This document shows, piece by piece, positions 6,501 through 12,860 of a stretch of 12,860 nucleotides of DNA (position 1 is the stretch's first letter; each line of letters starts with the position of its first letter). The stretch is from an uncultured Clostridia bacterium (lineage in GTDB: Bacteria; Bacillota; Clostridia; Christensenellales; Aristaeellaceae). Position numbers and translations under genes: made by a program. The stretch is from assembly GCA_937907055.1 (NCBI GenBank), contig CALCTW010000031.1:1-12860 (forward strand), written 5' to 3'. The notes under the pieces were generated by a model, which was not told where the DNA came from, made no database searches, and worked only from the letters and a program-made list of their open reading frames with translations.

Positions 6501-6533
6501 CGCCTGTCGGTCTTTTCCGGCAGGCGTTTTTTT
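6501..6533 (+). terminator. Intrinsic terminator after the sigma/CotH-like gene pair
   Basis: 10-bp stem CGCCTGTCGG (6501-6510) / CCGGCAGGCG (6517-6526) with one G-U pair, loop TCTTTT, then TTTTTTT (6527-6533). Confidence 0.8.
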
Positions 6534-6608
6534 ATTTACCACTCAGTTTTTCGTGTTTTTCTGCCGGACACGGCAAAATCAGGTAAGTTGGTGACCATTT
6601 TTTCCGTC

Positions 6609-6637
6609 TTTTATTTGAGCGATCCATCTTGTATAAT
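6609..6637 (+). promoter_or_regulatory. Candidate promoter (extended -10) of the solute-binding-protein/kinase genes
   Basis: TGTATAAT at 6630-6637 (TG plus a perfect TATAAT). With 17-nt spacing the -35 is only TTTTAT (6609-6614), which is weak. It lies about 35 nt upstream of the RBS GGAGG (6659-6663). Confidence 0.5.
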
Positions 6638-6671
6638 ATGATAGTATTCCTATGCTGAGGAGGTTTATGCT

Positions 6672-8186
6672 TTGCTGAAAAGATGCTTCTCCACGCTGAT
6701 GACCATCATCATGCTCTTTGGCACAACGGCTATTGCCGCCGAAACCAACACCGAAAGCACCCCCGAGAAGACGTTTAAAATGGCGGGTTATGAATCCTAC
6801 ACCACCCGTACCTGGGCCAAAAACGCCTTTTTTGCCCGGATGGAGGAAAATACCGGTATCCACTTTGAGTTTGACGAGTACACCGACAAAAACAACTGGG
6901 ATACCTATAAGAACAGCCTGACAGCCGATGCCGCGCTGCCCGATGTGCTTTTCAAGGCCAACCTCAGCGGCGGCGAGGCCATTGACCTGATGGAAAAGGG
7001 CGTGCTGATCGATCTGAAGCCCTACATCACGGCCGAAAAGATGCCCAACCTCACCGCGCTCCTTCAGCAGTTCCCGGATGTGATGGATGCCATCACCCTG
7101 CCGGGCGGACAGGTCGCCGCGCTGCCCTATATCAACGAAACGCCCCTTAACTGCGGTATCTGGGTCAACAAGACCTTCCTCTCCGCCTGGGGGCATGATA
7201 TGCCCACCGATAAAGACAGCTTTACCGAAATGCTGCGCTTCTTTGTAAACGGTGATCCCAACCGCAACGCCAAGAAGGATGAAGTGGGCCTTTCCTTCAT
7301 CGGCCCCTTCGATCTCAAGTTCCTCATGCACGCGTTCGGGCTGAATGCCAATAACTACAACATGGCCGCCCGGAACGGAGAAGCCGTCTTTGTTCCTGAA
7401 GAACAGGCGTATTACGATTTCGTCTCCTGGCTGCACGATCTGTACACCGAAGGTCTGATCGATCAGAAGGGCTTTATCAACAATACCACCACCCGTACCG
7501 TGACGGATGAGAATGCCACCGCCACCTATGGTGTCTTTATCAGCCAGAGTCCTACAGATGTCATTCCCGCCTCGTGGGACAGCAGATACACCCTGATGAT
7601 GCCGCTCACCTATCAGGGCAAACAGGTCTACCGCGATTACTTCGGCAACTGCCTCACCGGCACCTTTGCCATCACCGCGGCCTGCACGGATGTGGACAGC
7701 ATCATTGCCTGGGTGGATCTGCTTTACAGCCCCGAAGGCGCTACGCTGGCCAATGCCGGTAAGCAGAACGTGGAATACGTGATCGAACCGAATGGCACCT
7801 GGGTGCTCACCGATCCTCAGAACAGTTATTATATGCAGATCTCGCAGCTGATCTCCGGAAGCAATCCCTACCCGGGATATTCCTGCGATGATTTCCAGAT
7901 GAAGTATAATCAGAACAGCGTGGTCGATCGTTACGCGGAATACCGCGCGCTGAACGTGATCGCCGTCCGACCCTTCCCCTATTTCACCCTCAGCAACGCG
8001 GAAGAGAGCGAAGTGTTCGTGATGCAGCTGGATCTCGGCCGCGAAGTGGATGTGCAGCTGGCACGCTGGGTGCGCGGGGATGAAGAACTGACGCCCGACA
8101 GCTACAGGGCCTTCATTGACAAGCTTTATACCGAATACCGCCTTCAGGAATTCAAGGATTTCTGGCAGAACATTCTGAGCCGATAA
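6672..8186 (+). CDS. Extracellular solute-binding protein (large family-1 ABC-type carbohydrate-binding protein), TTG start
   Basis: 504-aa ORF. GAGGAGG (6657-6663) lies 8 nt upstream of TTG 6672. The nearby ATG 6667 is out of frame and stops after 3 codons. Signal peptide is MLKRCFSTLMTIIMLFGTTAIA-AE. Size and composition match the roughly 500-aa LplA/LipO-like sugar-binding proteins. The family call is from general resemblance only. Confidence 0.75.
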   Translation: MLKRCFSTLMTIIMLFGTTAIAAETNTESTPEKTFKMAGYESYTTRTWAKNAFFARMEENTGIHFEFDEYTDKNNWDTYKNSLTADAALPDVLFKANLSGGEAIDLMEKGVLIDLKPYITAEKMPNLTALLQQFPDVMDAITLPGGQVAALPYINETPLNCGIWVNKTFLSAWGHDMPTDKDSFTEMLRFFVNGDPNRNAKKDEVGLSFIGPFDLKFLMHAFGLNANNYNMAARNGEAVFVPEEQAYYDFVSWLHDLYTEGLIDQKGFINNTTTRTVTDENATATYGVFISQSPTDVIPASWDSRYTLMMPLTYQGKQVYRDYFGNCLTGTFAITAACTDVDSIIAWVDLLYSPEGATLANAGKQNVEYVIEPNGTWVLTDPQNSYYMQISQLISGSNPYPGYSCDDFQMKYNQNSVVDRYAEYRALNVIAVRPFPYFTLSNAEESEVFVMQLDLGREVDVQLARWVRGDEELTPDSYRAFIDKLYTEYRLQEFKDFWQNILSR

Positions 8187-8203
8187 CAGAAAGGGGTACG
8201 AAG

Positions 8204-9490
8204 ATGAATCACTATTCGCAGATGATGTCCCGACTGAAAACGCCCGAGGCCATGAAGCGCTTCTTCACCCTGTATGGCAAGCGCGAAGGTGAACTGGCTC
8301 GCCAGCTCACCCGCTATACGGAACTTGTCAAGCGCCATGAAGATATTTTCCATTCCGATAAACCCCTCTGCATGGTATCCGCCTCCGGCCGTACGGAGAT
8401 CGTAGGCAATCACACCGATCACCAGAACGGCCGTGTGATGGCCGCCGCGGTAAATCTGGACACCGTGGCCGCGGTCACGCCCCGCAGCGATATGCTGGCC
8501 GAGGTCCATTCCGCCGGTTTCCCGGTCGTTCAGCTGGATCTGTCCGATCTTTCCGTCCGTGAGGAGGAAATGGGCACCAGCGCCGCGCTCATCCGCGGTG
8601 TCGCTGCCGGCATGGCAGAAAGAGGTTATCAGGTGGGCGGCTTCGATGCCGCCATCACCAGCGATGTGCTGGCCGGAAGCGGTCTTTCCTCTTCTGCCGC
8701 CTTCGAAGTGCTGATCTGCACCATTCTGGATAAGCTCTATAACGGCATGACGGTGGATGCCGTCACCCGCGCCAAGATCAGCCAGTACGCTGAAAACAGG
8801 TATTTCGGCAAGCCCTCCGGATTGATGGATCAAATGGCTTCCTCCGTGGGCGGCCTCGTCTATATCGATTTTAAGAATCTCCCTGCCGATGTGGAGATCT
8901 CACCCCTGAACTTCGATTTTGCCGCTGCCGGTTATTCCCTTGTCGTTGTCAATACCCGCGGCAGTCATGATGACCTGACAGACGCTTACGCTTCCATCCG
9001 CACTGAAATGACGGCTGTGGCGGAATGCATGGGCGAAAAGGTGCTGCGCAGCGCGAACAGTGAGGAATTCCGTGTGAATATCCGCGCAGTCGCGGAAAAG
9101 TGCGGTGAACGCGCCTGTCTGCGCGCCCTGCACTTCTTCCAGGAGAATGACCGTGTGAAGCAGATGAAGACCGCCGTCCAATCCGGGGATCTTCAGAAGA
9201 TGCTCTCCCTCATCACCGCCAGCGGCCGCAGCAGCTGGGAAAAGCTGCAGAACGTGTATATGCCCGGCACGCATCAGCCCATGGCGCTCGCGCTGGCTTC
9301 CAGTGAGGATCTTCTGGACGGCAAAGGCGCGTGGCGTGTGCATGGCGGCGGTTTTGCCGGCACTACGCTCAACTTTGTGCCGGATAACACTCTGAACCTC
9401 TTCATTTCCCGCATGGAAGCGCTGTTCGGAAGCGGCTGCTGCTTTGTGCTGAATGTGCGTCCCGAAGGCGCCGGTGTCGTTTTTGACTGA
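8204..9490 (+). CDS. GHMP-family sugar kinase, galactokinase-like
   Basis: GRTEIVGNHTDHQNG corresponds to the galactokinase N-terminal signature (GR.N.IGEHTDY). LAGSGLSSSAAFEV is the GHMP ATP-binding motif. GGGFAGT lies near the C-terminus. AAGGGG precedes ATG 8204, 17 nt after the upstream stop. Confidence 0.8.
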   Translation: MNHYSQMMSRLKTPEAMKRFFTLYGKREGELARQLTRYTELVKRHEDIFHSDKPLCMVSASGRTEIVGNHTDHQNGRVMAAAVNLDTVAAVTPRSDMLAEVHSAGFPVVQLDLSDLSVREEEMGTSAALIRGVAAGMAERGYQVGGFDAAITSDVLAGSGLSSSAAFEVLICTILDKLYNGMTVDAVTRAKISQYAENRYFGKPSGLMDQMASSVGGLVYIDFKNLPADVEISPLNFDFAAAGYSLVVVNTRGSHDDLTDAYASIRTEMTAVAECMGEKVLRSANSEEFRVNIRAVAEKCGERACLRALHFFQENDRVKQMKTAVQSGDLQKMLSLITASGRSSWEKLQNVYMPGTHQPMALALASSEDLLDGKGAWRVHGGGFAGTTLNFVPDNTLNLFISRMEALFGSGCCFVLNVRPEGAGVVFD

Positions 9491-9538
9491 CACAGGCTTA
9501 TGGGATGGGCTGTATCCCTTTCCCGGAGGAAACTGAGT

Positions 9539-9991
9539 ATGATCTCAAACAACCGTGAAATGACAGAAAAACTGGGCAGGGCGCTGGCAGAACAGCTGCA
9601 GCCCGGCGACACCGTGCTGCTCGACGGCCCCATGGGCGCCGGGAAAAGCGAGCTGGCCCGCGGGATCGCGCGCGGGCTGGGCGTGCAGGGTCCTGTCCCT
9701 TCACCCTCCTTCACCATCCTGAATTGCTACAATGAGGGAACCATCCCCCTTTTCCACTTTGACTGGTGGCGCATCGGGGATGAAAGCGAACTGTACGATA
9801 TCGGCGCGGAGGAATATGTGTCCGGCTCCGGCGTGTGTCTGATCGAATGGTATCAGAACGGTCCGTCTCTTGTGCCGGAGGATGTTCTGCGGGTGCGTAT
9901 CGTACCGCTTGATGATGAAAGACGTGAGATTACCCTGATCCCCGAAGGTCATTTCCGGGAGATCACACTGAAGGAAGATGACATCCAATGA
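9539..9991 (+). CDS. tsaE: tRNA t6A37 threonylcarbamoyladenosine biosynthesis protein TsaE (YjeE ATPase)
   Basis: P-loop LDGPMGAGKSELARGIARGLG, then SPSFTI and HFDWWR motifs. GGAGGA (9525-9530) lies 8 nt upstream of ATG 9539. The track's ATG 9500 lacks an SD. Confidence 0.88.
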   Translation: MISNNREMTEKLGRALAEQLQPGDTVLLDGPMGAGKSELARGIARGLGVQGPVPSPSFTILNCYNEGTIPLFHFDWWRIGDESELYDIGAEEYVSGSGVCLIEWYQNGPSLVPEDVLRVRIVPLDDERREITLIPEGHFREITLKEDDIQ

Positions 9992-10692
9992 ATCTGTTAC
10001 TGATCGATACATCCGGTCCCGTCTGCGGCGTGGCTGTGCTGAAGAACGGCGCTGTCCTTTACGAGGCGCATGCCATCAATAAACTCACCCATTCCGTCAG
10101 CATGATGCCCATGGTGGAAGAAGCGCTGATCCGCAGTGCCCTTACCATCGAGCAGATCGATCTGTTCGCCTGTGTGAAAGGTCCCGGTAGCTTTACCGGC
10201 GTCCGCATCGGCGTGAGCGCTGTGAAGGCGCTGGCGCATGTGCATCAGAAGCCCTGCATCGGCGTGGACGCGCTGGAAGCGATGGCGCAGGGCGTCAGCA
10301 TGTTTGACGGTCTCATCTGCCCTGTACAGGACGCGCGCGCCGGTCAGGTGTACGGCGCTGTTTTTGAAGGGTTCTCCATGAAGCGCCTGATGGCGGATAC
10401 CCCGATCCGCGTTGAAGAATTCTGCGAGCAGGCAAAAGCGCTGGCGAACGGCAAAAAGCTGCTGTTCCTGGGCGATGGCATGCCGGTCCAGAAGGATCGT
10501 ATTGCCGCGCTGCTTGGGGATCAGGCTGTCTTCGCGCCGCAGAACGCTTCCTATCTGCACGCTGCCGCGGCGGCTGTACTGGCCGCGCGTGACACGGACA
10601 AGGCGGAATCTTATCTCACGCTCTCCCCTCTGTACCTGCGTCCCCCGCAGGCGGAACGACAGAAGAATCTGAAGGAGTTGGGTCATGAGTGA
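9988..10692 (+). CDS. tsaB: tRNA t6A37 biosynthesis protein TsaB (YeaZ)
   Basis: MNLLLIDTSGPVCGVAVLKNG...GPGSFTGVRIGVSAVKALA is typical TsaB. Its start overlaps the tsaE stop as ATGA. Confidence 0.9.
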   Translation: MNLLLIDTSGPVCGVAVLKNGAVLYEAHAINKLTHSVSMMPMVEEALIRSALTIEQIDLFACVKGPGSFTGVRIGVSAVKALAHVHQKPCIGVDALEAMAQGVSMFDGLICPVQDARAGQVYGAVFEGFSMKRLMADTPIRVEEFCEQAKALANGKKLLFLGDGMPVQKDRIAALLGDQAVFAPQNASYLHAAAAAVLAARDTDKAESYLTLSPLYLRPPQAERQKNLKELGHE

Positions 10693-11179
10693 CATCATCT
10701 GCCGCCGCATGACCATACAGGATGTCGAACAGGTGCAGGCCATTGAAGCCGCCACCTTTGCCATGCCGTGGACTGTGCAGGATTTTGTTAAGGAAATGAC
10801 CACCAACAAGTGCGCGCGTTATATCGTGGCGCAGGATGGTGATGAGATCGTGGGGTTCGCCGGCGCGTGGCTCATTCTGGATGAAGGTCATATCACCAAT
10901 ATCGCCGTCCGGGCGGATCACCGCGGGCGCGGCATCGGCAATTTGCTGACCGCAGCGCTTCTGCAGTACGCCGCCAATATGGGCGTGGCGTATATGACCC
11001 TTGAGGTACGAAAGAGCAATCTGATCGCGCAGCAACTGTACACCACCTACGGCTTTGTCAAGCTGGGCGTGCGCAAGAAATATTATGAAGATAACGGCGA
11101 GGATGCCCTGCTGATGGTGTGTGACCATATGCCGGATGCCGTGGCCGATTTCACCGAAGAAGAAACCGTATCAGAATAA
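10685..11179 (+). CDS. rimI: Ribosomal-protein-alanine N-acetyltransferase RimI (GNAT)
   Basis: Contains the GNAT core ITNIAVRADHRGRGIGNLLTAALLQYA...MTLEVRKSNLIAQQLYTTYGF. It sits directly after tsaB with an 8-nt overlap. AAGGAG (10672-10677) is upstream. Confidence 0.85.
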   Translation: MSDIICRRMTIQDVEQVQAIEAATFAMPWTVQDFVKEMTTNKCARYIVAQDGDEIVGFAGAWLILDEGHITNIAVRADHRGRGIGNLLTAALLQYAANMGVAYMTLEVRKSNLIAQQLYTTYGFVKLGVRKKYYEDNGEDALLMVCDHMPDAVADFTEEETVSE

Positions 11180-11190
11180 GGAGCTGTACC

Positions 11191-11658
11191 ATGGAAAAGA
11201 TCGCAAGCTTCACCATCGATCACAACCGTCTCCTCCCCGGCCTGTATGTCAGCCGTGTGGACAAGGCCGGCAGCGAATATGTGACCACCTTTGATATGCG
11301 CATCACCGCGCCGAACCGCGAGCCTGTCATCGATATGCCCGCCCTGCACACGCTGGAACATCTGGGCGCTACCTTTCTCCGCAATTCCGCCTGCAAAGAT
11401 GAAGTGCTCTACTTCGGCCCCATGGGCTGCCGCACCGGCTGCTATATCCTGATGCACGGCAAGCTGACGAGCGAAGATGTTGCCGGTCTTGTGACCGAAA
11501 TGTGCGATTTCATCTTAAACTTTGAGGGTGAGATCCCCGGCGCGCGTCCGGAGGAATGCGGCAACTACAGCGAGCAGAACCTGAACATGTGCAAATATTA
11601 CGTGCGCAGATACCGCGATGAATTGATCCTCGAAAAGCGCTATACTTATCCGGACTGA
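11191..11658 (+). CDS. luxS: S-ribosylhomocysteine lyase (autoinducer-2 synthesis)
   Basis: FTIDH, the HTLEHL metal-binding motif, and GPMGCRTGCY. AAGGAG (11178-11183) lies 7 nt upstream of the ATG. Confidence 0.95.
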   Translation: MEKIASFTIDHNRLLPGLYVSRVDKAGSEYVTTFDMRITAPNREPVIDMPALHTLEHLGATFLRNSACKDEVLYFGPMGCRTGCYILMHGKLTSEDVAGLVTEMCDFILNFEGEIPGARPEECGNYSEQNLNMCKYYVRRYRDELILEKRYTYPD

Positions 11659-11674
11659 GCCGTTTTCGCAAAGC

Positions 11675-11712
11675 AAAAGAGGCATTCTTCGATCTGAAGA
11701 AGCCTCTTTTTT
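11675..11712. terminator. Bidirectional intrinsic terminator between the convergent luxS and thioesterase genes
   Basis: AAAAGAGGC-A-TTCTTC (11675-11690), loop GATCT, GAAGAA-GCCTCTTTT (11696-11710), with the T run extending to 11712. The A-tract on the other side gives a T-run for the minus strand. Confidence 0.8.
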
Positions 11713-11741
11713 GTATATGCAGGCGTGTTTTTAACGCTTTT

Positions 11742-12197
11742 TCAGCGTGTTTTTCGTCTTTCCGCCGCTTCGTCCCACAGCCGTTGCTGTTCTTCGTTTT
11801 CAATGATCAAGCGCGGGATCATGACCGGCTTTTCGTGCTCATCCAAAGCGACCATGGTGAAAAACGCTTCATTGATCAGTTCCTGTTCACCGTCCAGCAG
11901 TTCCAGATAACAGCACACGCGGATATCCATGCTGGTACGGCCTGTATAGACCACCTCGCCCGTCAGCACCAGCGTGTCATTGGCACGGGCCGGCGCGCGG
12001 AAACTGAGATTCTGCACACGCGCGGTCGTCACATTGGTACCGGCGTGCCGTCTGGCGGTAACCGCTGCCACGATGTCCATCCAGCTCATCAGCTGACCGC
12101 CGAAAAGACGGGAATAGCCGTTCAGGTTGGCCTGTGTCAGCAGCTGTACCTGTGTGGTAAAGGAATCTGACACATGTTTTTCAGTTCTTTCAGCCAT
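11742..12197 (-). CDS. Acyl-CoA thioesterase (hotdog fold, YciA/BFIT-like)
   Basis: ANLNGYSRLFGGQLMSWMDIVAAVTARRHAG.NVTTARVQNLSFRAPARANDTLVLTGEVVYTGRTSMDIRV is the typical hotdog thioesterase pattern. I prefer ATG 12197, with GGGAGGG at 12213-12207 upstream, over the track's GTG 12206. Confidence 0.8.
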   Translation of the reverse strand: MAERTEKHVSDSFTTQVQLLTQANLNGYSRLFGGQLMSWMDIVAAVTARRHAGTNVTTARVQNLSFRAPARANDTLVLTGEVVYTGRTSMDIRVCCYLELLDGEQELINEAFFTMVALDEHEKPVMIPRLIIENEEQQRLWDEAAERRKTR

Positions 12198-12239
12198 CTG
12201 TCTCACCCTCCCATGTTGTCTGTCTGTATGCCTGTCGGA

Positions 12240-12860
12240 TCAATAGACCAGATAATCGCACTCCAGCCGTCCGTTGTACAGGCGCTTTTTGTAGGTGGCG
12301 CGCCGTCCTACGCACTTTTCAAAGCCCACATAAGCCGTGATCGCGCACAGGCGGCTCTCTCCGGTACGGGCGCGGAGCTTCATCAGATCCTTATACAGGT
12401 ATTCACAGTGCTTACGATCACTCATACGCTCACCGTAGGGCGGATTGCAGATGAAACACAGCGGCTTCTCAGGTGTCAGTTCCAGTTCCTTCAGATCCTT
12501 CTGAAATACGGTGATCCGACCGCCGAGCCCGGCCTGTACGATGTGCTTTTTGCACAGTTTCAGGGCTTCGGGATCGATATCGCTGCCGCTGATGTCGTGG
12601 ATCTTCTCCGGATCGAAGCGCTGTTCCGCTTCCTCGCGCAGGGCGCGGATCGCCTCGCGGTCCACTGTCTTCCAGCCCTCCATAGCAAACACGCGGCGCA
12701 GACCGGGAGCGCGGTCGCTCTGGATAAACGCCGCTTCGATCAGCAGTGTGCCTGTGCCGCAGCAGGGATCGTGAAGGGCGTTTTCCCTGCGCCAGGGGGA
12801 TTGCAGCACCAGCGCGGCGGCCAGTGTCTCACGCAGCGGCGCTTCGCCGTTCCAGGTGCG
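12240..12860 (-). CDS. Class I SAM-dependent methyltransferase of the THUMP/UPF0020 (RlmL/YpsC-like) type; 5' end lies outside the window
   Basis: HDPCCGTGTLLIEAA is the SAM-binding motif I and ICNPPYGER is the NPPY catalytic motif. The frame stays open from 12809 to the window edge (12860), reading ...TWNGEAPLRETLAAALVLQSPW, typical of this family, so the track's M at 12809 is internal. Confidence 0.8.
   Translation of the reverse strand, partial: RTWNGEAPLRETLAAALVLQSPWRRENALHDPCCGTGTLLIEAAFIQSDRAPGLRRVFAMEGWKTVDREAIRALREEAEQRFDPEKIHDISGSDIDPEALKLCKKHIVQAGLGGRITVFQKDLKELELTPEKPLCFICNPPYGERMSDRKHCEYLYKDLMKLRARTGESRLCAITAYVGFEKCVGRRATYKKRLYNGRLECDYLVY

Noticed and set aside
6561-6574. Small hairpin TGCCG-GACA-CGGCA between the island terminator and the solute-binding-protein promoter.
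   Set aside because: It has a 5-bp stem, no T-tract and no recognisable motif, and is likely fortuitous.
4005-6600. Calling the low-G+C insert a mobile element.
   Set aside because: No integrase, transposase or recombinase, no terminal inverted repeats and no convincing flanking direct repeats were found. The only shared strings near 3996-4007 and 6545-6560 are T-rich and short. It is reported only as a compositional island.
6579-7436. 285-aa minus-strand ORF antisense to the solute-binding-protein gene. Similar long antisense or off-frame ORFs occur at 939..1277, 1153..1662, 1538..1885, 1659..1973, 1966..2412, 2779..3345, 3150..3644, 8144..8833, 8900..9493, 9274..9717, 9997..10809, 10616..11128, 11083..11457, 11784..12170 and 12511..12774.
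   Set aside because: All fully overlap genes with clear family motifs on the other strand or frame. Their translations are Gly/Arg/Ala/His-rich low-complexity strings typical of stop-poor antisense frames in G+C-rich DNA, and none has an SD-plus-start arrangement.
9500-9538. ATG 9500 as the tsaE start.
   Set aside because: No SD lies upstream, and the extra 13 residues (MGWAVSLSRRKLS) are not TsaE-like. ATG 9539 has GGAGGA 8 nt upstream.

Overview
Chromosomal segment from a G+C-rich, Firmicutes/Clostridia-like bacterium. The evidence is strong GGAGG-type Shine-Dalgarno sites, an attenuator-type leader ahead of infC-rpmI-rplT, and a tsaE-tsaB-rimI cluster. I cannot name the species. All product calls come from motifs read in the translations; no database search was possible.

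Gene order:
- (-) secreted Cys/Tyr-rich protein of unknown function
- (-) AraC-family regulator
- (+) infC-rpmI-rplT, with promoter, leader/attenuator and terminator
- (+) a roughly 2.5 kb lower-G+C insert carrying an ECF-type sigma factor translationally coupled to a single-pass membrane protein with an extracytoplasmic CotH-kinase-like domain
- (+) solute-binding protein and galactokinase-like GHMP kinase
- (+) tsaE-tsaB-rimI, then luxS
- (-) hotdog-fold acyl-CoA thioesterase and a 5'-truncated THUMP/UPF0020-type SAM methyltransferase

Main observation: both genes of the low-G+C insert are interrupted by exactly one in-frame TAG (4489-4491 and 6222-6224). In each case recognisable conserved domain sequence continues in the same frame, to a TGA (sigma) or to a TAA followed by a terminator (CotH). 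None of the 15 genes called here ends in TAG. This could be two recent nonsense mutations, amber suppression/recoding, or a genetic-code mismatch left by horizontal transfer. The window alone cannot decide.

No tRNA, rRNA, CRISPR array, transposase or integrase was seen.
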